Origin: Squalus acanthias
Lineage: Eukaryota
Assembly (NCBI GenBank): GCA_030390025.1
Contig: CM059441.1
Location: forward strand, 24,738,001-24,802,000
Length of the DNA stretch: 64,000 nucleotides
Reading direction: 5' to 3'
The translations under genes and the position numbers were made by a program. Below are positions 24,969 through 37,135 of this stretch, piece by piece. The notes beneath the pieces were generated by a model, which saw only the letters and a list, made by a program, of their open reading frames with translations, was not told the DNA's origin and did not search any database. Every line of letters begins with the position of its first letter. The stretch's first letter is position 1.

Positions 24969-27159
24969 ATGAAAGAGGCTGGTGATTGTTCTGTGAGAAT
25001 GGAAGAATGTAGTAGTTGAGGTTAGTTTAGCCTGCAGCAGTAAGAGTAGGATGGAGGATAGAAGCAGTTTGTAACACTTAGGTGGGGTTGATTATTGGTT
25101 TGTACAGGATGAGGTCATAGTTCAACTCTTTCCCTGATGGGAAGGAGATTAATATGTTTAATTTATTTAATTTAATTATATGTTTTAAATTTGTTTTGGA
25201 GGCATAGAAGCCAAGTGTTTGGGCTGATGGTTCAATATTTGAAAGGCTTGTGGCTGTCATAGTTCAGGGCCCCTGCTTCCTCTGCCAGGTTTGCTAGTTT
25301 TGACTCCCAGTAGAATACAGTCTGCTAGCTGAGTCCAAGTGGCAGGGGTGGGGGGAGCATTGAGAATCACTGAATGGGCTGTTTTGCAAGGCTATTACAA
25401 TGGAGGAGAGACTGATGCTGTTCAGTGTGTGATATTCACAGTGTTGCTGTGTTGCTCCTGATAACTGAACGCAAAAGAGAACTGCCCTTCACTGTGACAA
25501 GTGGCTAGCATTCACACGAGCAATCAGTGACGGCCACTTCCAGACCCTTGGGTGATAATCTAGAGTTCCTGGAAAACCATTCCCATCACACCTCTCCATA
25601 CACTCTGGATGAAGTTGTAAAGACATTTGGAGACTCGGAAGAGCTACATTTTCAGAGTTTCACTCAACGGGAGCAGTGGGAAAGTTAATGACTGGCATGC
25701 CTCATTCTCCAAGTCAGGCTTCTGTCAAGTGAGGCTCCACACTGGGAGCAGAATCTCCCAAACATTTATTTCGCAAGCCCCTTGCTGACTGTGCCCTAAC
25801 TGGAGTCCCTCCTACATATTAGCTAACAGCTCACAATGGTAGAGAGACTCTCAAAGGCATTGTCAAGTCCTGAAGCTCTCTGACTATAACAAGATTATAG
25901 TCAAAGGCAAAGGGCTCATGGGGGCTGGGGGAGAGAGAACAATGGCGAACTGAGCTATGCTGAGTTGAGGAAAGAAGGAAGCTAAAAATATTAAGCCTGT
26001 TTTTCATGGTCTCATCAGACATGCTAAGTACCGAGACACTCAACCAATACCCCTCTATGGTCTAGTGGGTGAAGACACTATCAAGTGTATTGTTGGACCT
26101 GAAGGCTCTAGGTTCAGTTCCCAATTCTGTGTTCAGTTAGCAACCCACAGGTATGGGGTGAGTAGGAGGTGCTACATATGCATCGACGAACCTGAGATAG
26201 AGAGGGAAAATCCACCAGGAATCTCATTCCAGATTACTAGCCATTGATTGCTGAAAAAAATGTAAGAGGACAGGATTGAACTTTCTCTACATTTACATAG
26301 GCTGCCTAGCACTCGTGTCTAAGCTGATTCAGACGTGTAGATGGGGTACCAGAGGGTTTCCAGCACCTATGGACTCCACTATGAGGCAGGGTCTCGCAGG
26401 AGCAGGGGAGAAACTTGGACAAAGAATTTGATGATTCCTCATGTCCCACAAGCCCACCCCTCCTCTCCCATGAGGAGCAAACAGGAGAAAAGTGGTTATG
26501 CTTTAGTTCGAAGTAGTTTGTCAGTGATATTCATGGGCTGGTGTTGAGGGCTAATTCACTACTGATGACTCCGCTTCCCAATCGCATCCACCGAGGGACC
26601 TAACAGTAAATATTCTTTTGCCAGGCACAACTGCGCTTAAATTAATTCTGTTCCCTGACAAAACGCAAGGGCAGAAATTATGATGTATTGTACGAACACT
26701 TAACGCCTCCATTGAAATAGCAGCAAGGAAGGAAGTTGATATGTGTGTTAAGGACGTCGGCAGTAGTAATCTATACCCTGTCAACTTTCTTCTGAAAAGG
26801 AAACCTTTTTTAAGAGCATTGAAAATTTTCTATCATTATTATGCTCGTCAATGTGCTGTGAGTAATATGGCCCTGTGATAGTCACACTTGAGTCGGTCCA
26901 TTTATAGTGGGTGGTCAGCCACACTTGAGTGAAGTCATAGATCTGGATGATGATAGCAATTTGTCCTTCCTGTTAATGAGACCGTTAAACAAAACTCAAA
27001 ACTACACAGGTTAAGAACATAATATACATGACCAGGGTCGACCATTCACATCCATTTGATTGATACCATAGTTCAAAGGAGCCATACACTACTTTATGGA
27101 GTTGATTCAGCGATCCAGCACTCTCATCATGGAACCTTACTCAACAGGTCTCCCTCTCA

Positions 27160-27605
27160 TAACAAAAACAGAAAGTGCCAGAAACACTCAGCAGGTCAGG
27201 CAGCATCTGTGGAGAGAGAAACAGAGTTAACGTTTCAGGTCAGTGACCCTTCGTCAGAACTGGAAAAAGTTAGAGATGTAACAGGTTTTTAAGCAAGTGC
27301 AGGGGCAGAGAAAAGGGGGAGGGGAGGAAAGAACAAAAGGGAAGGTCTGTGATAGGGCAGAAGGCAGGAGAGATTAAGAGACAAAAGGGATGATGGTGCG
27401 AGGCAAAAGGAGATGGTGATGGGGCAAGTAAAGAAACAATAGATGGATCTAGAGGAGGTGTAAATGGGAATATCAGAATCATCAGTAACAGCTGCCATCC
27501 GGAAAAAGGGGAGCAGAGATTATGATCTGAAATTGTTGAACTCGATGATGAGTCCGGAAGGCTGTAAAGTGCCTAATCGAAAGATGAGGTGCTGTTCCTT
27601 GAGGT
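27160..27605 (-). mobile_element. Penelope family A 3' fragment inside putative 3' UTR
   Basis: Reverse complement matches 30275-30710, including EQHLIFRLGTLQPSGL endonuclease end. Confidence 0.8.
27225..27261 (-). ncRNA. Minimal hammerhead ribozyme motif (Penelope family A), intact core
   Basis: AGUU-CUGACGA-AGGGUC ACU GACCU-GAAA-CGU-U-AACU. Confidence 0.75.
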
Positions 27606-28543
27606 CTCCCTCTTTTGCCTTCTCTTCCCAAGAAAAGGAGCTGGCAGCTAAGTGCGATGATGGAATTGTTTCTGGAGCAGCATCAATGCCTTGGAAACCT
27701 AATAGTAAGGATGCTTGGCTCATCATCAGGGTGTTGATACATCGATTTACTCCATTAACAGTGTTGCTGTGTGAGCCTTCTGCAAAATACAGGGATCACT
27801 GGGGTTCAGTCTCAGTGGAGCTTTAAACTGAACACGTAAACTAAGTAGATGGCCCAGTGCAGTACAGCGGGAGTACTGTATTGTTGGAGGTACTGTCCTT
27901 CAGATTAGGGATTAAACTGAGGTCCCATCTGCCTGCGCCAGTGGTTTGGATAGACGTTAAAGATCCCATGACACAAAAGTTTCAAAACTGAGATCGATAG
28001 GTTTTTGTTCAGCAAGGGTATTAAGGGAGATGGAGCTAAAGCGATCAATGGAGTTGGGATACAGATCAGCTACGATCTAATTGAATGACGGAACGGGCTC
28101 ACGGGGCTGAACGGCCTCCTCCTGTTCCTATACTTCAGTTCTGGCAATATGGCCGTCTGTATCCGGTTGTATTTTATCAGACCTTGGGCTGAGTGCTCAG
28201 TCGACCGAGTGTCCCAGGAGATAAAGGCTTGGACTTTTACCTTTCTCATTGGCAAAGAAAAACATGTAGGCAATTACTGTACCGATGCCTTTGGGAGTCA
28301 GGGAATGGCAACTGGTGGAAATATGTAAATAAATTCACTAATTAAGATGAATGAATGTTACTTTCTTTAATTAACGCTTCATATTAAGTGCAAAAACAAT
28401 TGGACCCGCATCTGTAACTCTGACAGGGAGATCAGCAATTCCAAATGAAAAACACAAGAGGTTTCTGTCGCAGTTTGAATGAATCATCTTCATAAGCTCA
28501 GAATATCTGACACACTAATGTACTATATTGTATTTGATTTATA

Positions 28544-28580
28544 AATAAAAACCTGGCCTCCACAACCTCTTCCTAATAAA
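28544..28580 (+). terminator. Candidate polyadenylation signals
   Basis: Two AATAAA hexamers (28544-28549, 28575-28580) preceded by TGTA motifs. Confidence 0.5.
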
Positions 28581-29727
28581 GTATTACAAGGACTACCAAC
28601 CGACTTGAGTGAAATTTATTCTCAAATTGTCTCCAAAATTGAGGCCACCTGCATCCCACATCCCTCAACCGCTTTCACCTTTGCCCCTAGCCTAACCCCC
28701 ATCCTGACAACACCCAATAGGTTCTCCCACATCTTCCCTGCCAGCCCTCATTAGAATCATCATCGCCGTGAGACTCCCTTCCAGCTCCCTCAATCTCCCC
28801 CAACTAATCTCTCCTCAGCCCAACTCCGTGAGACTCCTTTCCAGCTCTCTTAATCTCCCCCAGCTCAGCTCCTCCCCACCCAACTAATCTCTCCTCAGCC
28901 CTAAACCCACTGATATAGTGAACTGCTATTTCTCCAAAGATGTTCCTCCCACTCAACCACTTCAAAACCGCTGCCATCATTGGCCCCCCCTCCTCCTATC
29001 CTCGGCCTCTTTGCTCTCTCCAGTTGCCGCCCTATTTTTAAACTCCCCTAAGGTCGTGGAATGCATCGTTGCCACCCAGATCCGTGCACTCTTCGACTAC
29101 TTCCCCTTGTTCGAATCCCTTCGGCCTGGTTTCCATTCTGTCGACAGTATCAAGACCACTTTCATCAGTCACCAATGCCATTCATTGCGGCTGATAACAC
29201 AGCATATTATCCTCCCTGGACCTCCTCAACGTCTCTGTACCTTTTCCTACGGTCAACCAAACCATCCTCCTCCACCACCTCTCTTTTGGTCAAGCTTCAT
29301 GATACCACAGTCCCATTGTTGCGCAGTTACTTGTCCCAGCATAGTCAGTACATCCCCTTTAATGGCTTTTCCACCCGCCCCCACATGACCACCTCAGGCA
29401 TCCACTAAGAATCTTTTCTTGGGTCCCTTCCAATCATGGCCTGCATTCTGCCCCCCGGTAAGCATGGAGTCAGTTTCCTTACAGAAATCGAGTGGTTGTT
29501 CAGATTAACACTGGAAAGACCAAAGCGCTCTCCACCAGAATCTTTGCACACTATACTACACCCTGGGTGGCATCTACCACCACACCCCCAAAGCTGAGCA
29601 CTCAGGTTAACATGACAGTGTGTAATGTAGGAACACAGGAACAGGAGGAGGCCATTCAGCCCCTCGAGCCTGTTCCACCATTCAATTAGATCATGGCTGA
29701 TCTGTATCTTAACTCCATTTACCCGTG

Positions 29728-30710
29728 GAAGCGCAGATGCAACACCTGCACTTTTACCTCCTCCCTTCCCACTGTCCAGGGCCCCAAACACTCCTTCCAG
29801 GTGAAACAGCGATTTACTTGTGCTTCTTGCAATTTAGTATACTGTATGACGTAAGAAAACTACTAGGCACTTGGTCTAAGCGTTAAACAAAGCTTTAATC
29901 AACTGTTTTTCAACATGGAGATCTAGTTGTGTCCTTCACTAGTTCCTGTTGAGGAATGTCCTACGCAAGCTGGGCCCATGCCCGAGTATTTATACTCTCC
30001 CTGGTCAGCGCCACCAGCAGGCCGCCTAGTATTACTTCATACATGAATGACAAGATTCATGTCACTGTATTTGCTGCTCACGATGCGGTCTCCTCTACAC
30101 TGGGGAGACCAAATGCAGATGGGGTGACCGCTTTGCGGAACACCTCCGTTCAGTCCGTAAAGGTGACCCTGAGCTTCCGGTCGCCTGTCACTTTAATTCC
30201 CCGCTCCACTCCCACTCTGACCTCTCCACCCTCAGCCTCTTATACTGTTCCAACGAAGCTCAACGTAAGCTCGAGGAACAGCACCTCATCTTTCAATTAG
30301 GCACTTTACAGCCTTCTGGACTCAACATCGAGTTCAACAATTTCAGACCATAACCTCTACCCCTATTTTTCCACATGGCAGCTGTTGATGATTCTGCCTT
30401 TCCCATTTACACCTCCTCTAGACCCATCCTTTGTTTCTTAACTTGTCCTATTGCCCTCTCCTTTCGCCTTGCATCATCATCCCTTTTGTCTTTTAGTCTC
30501 TCCTGCCTTCCATCCTATCACAGACCTTCCCTTTTGTTCTTTCCTCCCCTCCCCCCTTTCCCTGCCCCTGCACTTGCTTAAAAACCTGTTACATCTCGAA
30601 CTTTTTCCAGTTCTGTCGAAGGGTCATCGACCTGAAACGTTAACTCTGTTTCTCTCTCCACAGATGCTGCCTGACCTGCTGAGTATTTCCAGCATTGTCT
30701 GTTTTTACTC
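29728..30710 (+). mobile_element. Penelope family A 3' part with decayed GIY-YIG, interrupted by small LTR
   Basis: [15 protein letters not shown]|ICCSRCGLLYTGETK...RFAEHL and RKLEEQHLIFQLGTLQPSGLN remnants. Confidence 0.85.
29847..30064 (-). mobile_element. 218-bp solo LTR-like element
   Basis: TGAC...GTCA termini, CTGTA duplication (29842-29846, 30065-30069), TATAAATA and ATTAAA on minus strand. Confidence 0.75.
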
Positions 30711-31349
30711 CATCTACCCTGCCTTGGTTCCATAACTCTTAATACCCTTGCCCAACAAAAAAATGAGCTCAGTTTCAATGTTGGTGTCTTGATCCATGAC
30801 TAAGACTCCCTACTTCCACTGCAGTAATATTGCCCACCCTCGACCCTACTCTGCCCCACCACTGCTCAAACCCTTATACACAACCTAGCCAGCTCCAAGC
30901 TCGACTTCTTCAATGTTCCTCTTGCCAGCCTTTCTCACTCCATCCTACATAAAATCTAACTTGTTGGAAACTCCACCTCCCGTAACCTACCCCATACTAA
31001 GTCCCACTCACCTCTCACCGCTGTCTTTGCTGATCACTGGTATTAATTTCAAAATCCTTGTCCTCATTTACAAATCCCTCCATGACCTTGCCCAACCCAA
31101 GCTCTGCGATGCCCTCCAGCCCCCTGTCCCAGCAAACGTCCTCTGCTCCTTCTCCGATTTCAGACTACAGCACACTTCCACCACCCTAGTTCTCCGAAAC
31201 ACTCTTCCTAAACCTTTTCGCCTTGCTACATCTCTCACCAACCTCGGAAGCCTTCTCTAAATTTGTCACCTTGAGCACGCCTTCGATCACATCCCTTCTC
31301 AGCCGTGGCACTCTCGCCTCTGAGTCAGAAGGTTGTGGGTCCAAGTGTG

Positions 31350-31796
31350 TTGTATTTATATAGCCCCTTTCACACACTCAGGGCATCACTAAGCACGTTG
31401 CAGCCAATGAACTACTTTTTGAAGAGTAGTCACTGGTAATGGAGGAAACGGGGCTGCAACTTGCGCAGAGCAAGATCCCACAACCAGCAATGTGATAATG
31501 ATCAGATCATCTGTTTGTAGTGATGTTGGTTGAGGGATCCATGTTGGCCCCAGGACACCGGGGAGAACTCCCCTGCTCTTCTTCGAAATAATGACGTGGG
31601 AACTTTTACGTCCACCTGAGAGGGCAGACGGGGACTCTCATCCGAAAGACGGCACCTGCGACAGTGCAGCACTCCCTCAGTACCACACTGGGAGTGTCAG
31701 CCTGGATTTTGCCCTCGAGTTCTTTGGATTGGGAATTTGATCCCTCGACCTCCTGACTCGTAGGTGAGAGTGCTACCCACTGAGCCACAGCTGACC
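31350..31796 (-). mobile_element. DeuSINE
   Basis: Same family. Confidence 0.78.
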
Positions 31797-32964
31797 TTGC
31801 AAGGGAGAGGAAGAGTCAGTAAGAGCTCCTGCAGCTGATCGCTATCCAGCCGCACCACCTTCTGGAAAGGGTGTGCAGATGAACATCAGATGAGGATCGG
31901 ATTGGACTCCACCGTGATGCCCCGTGTAGTTGAATAGCCTACTCACGCTCGAGGGTGTCAGAGGGCAGCCGTTACCTGTGTAACCGTGCCCCCAGCAAGA
32001 GTCAGTGGAGGGAAGAACAACAACGTGTATTTATGTAGCAGTAGGACAGTCTCAGTGAGGGGGAGGATATGGGGTCGGAAGCTCAGCTCGGGGTCAAACA
32101 GGACATCGAGGCTGTGAACAGTCTGGATCAGGCTGGGACAGTGGCCGGCGAGGTGGGTGGAATCAATGGTGAGGGAACAGAGTTTGTGGTGGGTGGGGAG
32201 GGACCGAAGGCAACGTCTACCGTCTTCCCAGTGTTTAATTGGAGGAGATTTCTGCCCATCCAGTACTGGCTGTCGGACAAGCATCCTGACAATTGCAGAG
32301 GTAGTGGAGGGAGAAAAACCAGGAGCGTATCAAAAACATGGCATCACCTCAGGTTCTAGTGTCGAGCACTGTGAACAGACCCAAACCGCACAGCTTTTAA
32401 ACGTCAGGGATATTTTCTAATTGGTCTGGTGGCTTCGTAACTCAACGTATCAGAGTCACATGAAGGGATGAAAACTGTGAGGTCTTCGTCTTTTCGCTGT
32501 TCCCTTTGGGGAACAGTGTGGATTAGTGGAAGGATTAGCAGGCTGATTAACAGTCTGACTGGCTGCGTTAACACTCCTTCCACGGCCGCAACCATCTTTA
32601 TACCAGCCGATAGGGTGGTTAGTCCTATACAGTGGGAGGGTTTTATGGGCTCCCATAGCCCATACAATGAGTGTGGGGGGCGGGGGGCGGGGCGGGGGGG
32701 GGGGGGTTGGGGGGCCACCCACACCCACCGGACGCGAGTATCCTGCTGGATGTCAACCCAGAATTCAAAGCCGGAGCTCCGACTCCACTCGCCGGGACTG
32801 TCTAGAGTGGGGTTCGAACCCTGCACCTTCTGGCTCATCACTAAAAACAGATGATCTGATCACTGGCTCACTGCGCCAAAGCTTCACTCCCACTGTGAGG
32901 TCAACAACACAATAAAAAAAGAATTGATATAGCACCTTTTTTTCGACCTCAGAATCTAAGTGGG

Positions 32965-34585
32965 GTAGAAGAGCAAAGGGATCTCGGAGTACTAATGCAC
33001 AAATCACGAAAAGTAGCGACCCAGGTTAATAAGGCCATTAAAAAAAAGCAAACCAAGCACTAGGGTTTATTTCTAGAGGGATAGAATTGAGAAGTAGTGA
33101 AGTTATGCTAAACGTGCATCGAACCTTGGTTAGACCACACTTGGAGTACTGCGTACAGTTCTGGTCGCCATATTATAAAAAGGATATAGAGGCACTGGCG
33201 AGGGTGCAAAAATGATTTACAAGGATGATACCAGAAATGCGAGGCTATACCTATCAGGAAAGGATGAACAGGCTGGGGCTGAGGGGTGGCCTAATAGAGG
33301 TCTGTGAGTCAGTCAAGTGACCTCTCAGAGTTCTTGGACAAGACACCAATAGGCAGCAGCCAGTATGTTTGAGCAATAGATCAGATTTATTAAGTTTACA
33401 GCGTAATCAATACTTAACATTAGGCAATAGTCAAAATGAATAGCTCGCAGCCCTTGATCTCTGGAGCCCTTCGGCCACAGGCAACGTCGTCATAAGTCTG
33501 TCCCTTTTCTTCGCAGCAAATCTCTGTGTGAAGTTGTTCTTTGAGTATCGAGGTTTTAACCCTTTCCTTATCAACAGTTCATTTGGCCAGTGTCCATATA
33601 TGGTCTTTAACAAAATCACCTTCTTTAATTGGTTCTAATGGTCAAAATACCATTGTCACTCAGGTTAAGGCTAGTAACCTGGCCACTCCTTTTCCAGTAC
33701 ATTTCCACTAACTCTGCTCCGCTGTCGTGTTATCTTGTTTATAGCTTTTCACCCCATTGGAATTTACCATTTCTCTTTCATTTCATGTCTCCCTGGTACA
33801 AGGCCTTTATACCAAGGGCCCATATCAGCGCTGTTTTACTTGTCTTGAGCTGTCCAGACTATCTCACTTTAATCTAACCATGATCTCTCTCATTTTATGT
33901 CCTTATACTAATTATCCTTTAAATATTGTTGCAATTAGTATTGTTAAGTGAATTCTAAGTTTTATTCAGCATCATAATATGTTATTTAATGATTTGACCT
34001 TCACTTGCAGCCTGTAGCTGTTTGTTATCAAAGCTTAGTCAAAACTGCATTTGACTGTCCTTGTAGCTGCATTCTGAACAAGTCTTAGCTTTTTAGTTAC
34101 CCAGGAGTAATTATGGGTAATATTATTTGGTCAATGGCTACACTTGAAGTTATACAAATATGATTTTCATCTACTAAATATCTTTAAATATCAGCCTTTC
34201 CTACAGGTCTTTAAAATTATGAAAGGTTTTGATAGAGTAGACACAGAGAGAGTGTTTCCACTTGTGGGGAAGAGCAAAACTAGAGGCCATCAATATAAGA
34301 TAGTCACCAAGAAATCCAATAGGGAATTCAGGAGAAACTTCTTTACCCAGAGAGTGGTGAGAATGTGGAACTCGCTACCACAGGGAGTGGTTGAGGTGAA
34401 TAGTATAGATGCATTTAAGGGGAGGCTAGATAGACATATGAAGGAGAAGGGAATAGAGGATTACGCTGATAGATTTAGATGAGGAAAAGATGGGAGGAGG
34501 CTCGAATGGAGCATCAACGTTGGCATGGACTGGTTGGGCCAAATGGCCTGTTTCTGTGCTGTATGTCCTATGTAATCCTATGTAG
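32965..34585 (+). mobile_element. CR1 3' fragment interrupted by solo LTR
   Basis: CR1 ORF2 motifs continue across the 33303-34205 insertion. Confidence 0.88.
33303..34205 (-). mobile_element. 903-bp solo LTR inserted in a CR1
   Basis: TG...CA termini, GGTC duplication (33299-33302, 34206-34209) splitting CR1 sequence atagaGGTCtttaaa; minus-strand AATAAA near 33390. Confidence 0.85.
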
Positions 34586-34885
34586 GATGTCCCAAAGAGC
34601 TTTACAGCCAATGAAGTACTTTTTTTGAAGAGTAGTCACTGTTGTAATGTAGGGAAACGCGGTAGCCAAATTGCGCAGATCCCACAAACAGCAATATGAT
34701 AATGACCAGATCATCTGCTTTTTTAGTGATGTTGGTTGAGGGATCAATATTGGCCCAGGACTCCCCTGCTCTTCTTCGAAATAGTGCCGTGAGATTATTT
34801 AATGTCCACCTGAGATGGCAGACGGGGCCCTCGGTTTAACATCTCATCTGAAAGACGGCACCTCCGACAGTGCAGCGCTCCCTCA
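34585..34885 (-). mobile_element. DeuSINE fragment
   Basis: Core and tail. Confidence 0.75.
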
Positions 34886-34945
34886 GAACATAAGAAATAG
34901 ATGCAGAAGTGGGCCATTCGAGCCTGCTCCGCAAATAAATAGCGC

Positions 34946-35025
34946 CGCAACTGCTGGCGTTCGAACCCACCCCGCAGAGACTGAAGCCTTAATCCAGCCG
35001 CCTTAGCCCACTCGGCCACACTACC
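34946..35025 (-). pseudogene. tRNA-Leu(AAG) pseudogene
   Basis: Minus strand GGTAGTGTGGCCGAGTGGGCTAAGGCGGCTGGATTAAGGCTTCAGTCTC...GTGGGTTCGAA follows vertebrate tRNA-Leu(AAG); acceptor and T stems damaged. Confidence 0.8.
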
Positions 35026-35039
35026 ACACAAAGGCTGCC

Positions 35040-35470
35040 TGAGTACGGTAGCATAGTGATTATGTTACTGGACTAGTAATCCAGAGGCCTGGACTAATAA
35101 TCTCAGAGATGTGAGTTCAAATCCATAGTATCAGTAATGGTGACCATGAAACTACTGGATTATTGGAAAAACCCAACTGGTTCACTAATGTCCTTTAGGG
35201 AAGGAAATCTGCCGCCCTTACCCGGTCTGGCCTATATGTGACTCCAGATCCACAGCAATGTGGTTGACTCTTAACTGCCCTCTGAAATGGCCTAGCAAGC
35301 CACTCAGTTGCACCAAACCGCTACGATAAAGTCAGCACTGTGGGATTACCTTCACCTCAAGGACTGCAGCGGTTCAGGAAGGTGGCTGACCACCACCCTC
35401 GGAAGGGCAATTAGGGACGGGCAATAAATGCCAGCCTTGCCAGCGATGCCCACATCCCGTGAAGAAATAA
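35040..35470 (+). mobile_element. tRNA-derived SINE sharing tail with LINE at 10835
   Basis: GGTAGCATAGTG and GAGTTCAAATCC boxes; tail agggcaattagggacgggcaataaatg; second copy at ~59105-59585. Confidence 0.7.
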
Positions 35471-35483
35471 ATATTTTTTTAAA

Positions 35484-35543
35484 TGGGCTTTGAACCCACG
35501 CCTCCAGGAGAAACTGTGATCTGAACCGTTCGGCTATCCCGGC
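35484..35543 (-). pseudogene. tRNA-Leu(CAG) pseudogene with internal deletion
   Basis: Minus strand ...GTTCAGATCACAGTTTCTCCTGGAGGCGTGGGTTCAAAGCCCA follows tRNA-Leu(CAG); about 14 nt of D/anticodon arm missing. Confidence 0.75.
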
Positions 35544-36449
35544 TCCTGTGCTGGCACTGGGGGAGTGGCAGCCTAGATTGTTCAATGATCTGTCGCCGTC
35601 CCCATTGTCGGAATTTGGACATCTACCGCTCAGAATCCTCCCTACAGCCGCGCACCAGAGCAAGCTCACATGGTTCGGCTCAGGGTCCCTTGTTTCTCTT
35701 GAGTGAAGAGCAGCTTCTCTGGTCCTGCTGCCCGTGTTTGTTTGTTGTCTCACTGGACTTCCTGCCGGCAGTGTCACCTACACAAACACACACAGAGGCT
35801 GCGGAGGTCAGGGATTGCAGTGAAGCATCCCAAGGAACAACGTCCTTGTGTTTCTGCCCCAGGCCACCCAGCTCGCTGCCGCTGAGCTCCACAGTCTCGA
35901 GCGTGGAGACGCAACCAGTGCTTCATCAGCATCATGACATTTACGGGCGTGTAAATCATGCAGCAGGCAGGCAATCCCTCTCCCAGCTGTCACTCAGGCA
36001 GACCGCAGTCCATTGTAAATAGACACACTTCCACGTGTCACTAACTTAAACTCGCCTTTATGGCTGTTGTCTTTAGGACAGTTCCTCTTTTTAATTGTGC
36101 TCTGCAGGGTATGTGTTATCTGTTCGAGCCAAAGTTTGGGCTGATGGTGAGGTGGAAAGCAAAGAGAGAAATGATGCGAACAGGCTGATCACAAGACACA
36201 CGTTTAGAAGCCATAAGGAGCCCGAGGGAATCGTGATTTGGAAATGTTGGGGAGTAAAGAGTATTCAAATCGGAAACAAAACCAAATAAAATAATACTGC
36301 CAGCTCTGTTCCTGTAGCTGCAGAGAACTGCTGTAAGGGGACAGGGATGGAGCTTAGCTCTCGCTGTAGAGGAACGCTCTCATTCTCACTCTGACCAGTA
36401 GCTCTGGGCGTAGATAGGACGCATTCTGCTCATTAACTCTGGGTGCAGA

Positions 36450-37135
36450 ACCGACAGTGCAGCGCTCCCTCAGTACTGCCCCTCCGACAGCGCAGCGCTC
36501 CCTCAGTACTGCCCCTCCGACAGAGCAGCGCTCCCTCAGTACTGATCCTCCGACAGTGCAGCACTCCCTCAGTACTGACCTTCTGACAGTGCAGCACTCC
36601 CTCAGTACTGACCCTCTGACAGTGCAGCACTCCCTCAGTACTGATCCTCCGACAGCGCAGCACTCCCTCAGTACTGACCCTCTGACAGTGCAGCACTCCC
36701 TCAGTACTGATCCCCCGACAGTGCAGCACTCCCTCAGTACTGACCCTCTGACAGTGCAGCACTCCCTCAGCACTGCCCCAGCAACAGTGCAGCGCTCCTC
36801 AGTACTGACCCTCTGACAGTGCAGCACTCCCTCAGTACTGATCCTCCGACAGTGCAGCTCTCCCTCAGTACTGACCCTCCGACAGTGCAGCTCTCCCTCA
36901 GTACTGACCCTCCGACAGTGCAGCTCTCCCTCAGTACTGACCCTCCGACAGTGCAGTGCTCCTTCAGTACTGGCCCCCCCCCGCGCCCCCCGACAGTGCA
37001 GTGCTCCCTCAGTACTGCCCCCCTCCGACAGTGCGGCGCTCCCTCAGTACTGCCTCTCCGACAGTGCAGCGCTCCCTCAGTACTGCACCGCCCCCCCCCC
37101 CCACCGACTGTGCAACACTCCGTCAGTGCTGAGCA
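36450..37135. repeat. Minisatellite, 33 bp unit derived from DeuSINE core
   Basis: CCGACAGTGCAGCACTCCCTCAGTACTGACCCT, ~20 copies, continuing into the SINE head on the minus strand. Confidence 0.93.

Larger units (their letters stand above)
23074..28580 (+). other. Probable long CNTN2 3' UTR
   Basis: Repeat-depleted, AU-rich stretch after the stop, ending in an AU-rich block with AATAAA at 28544 and 28575. End point is inferred. Confidence 0.55.
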
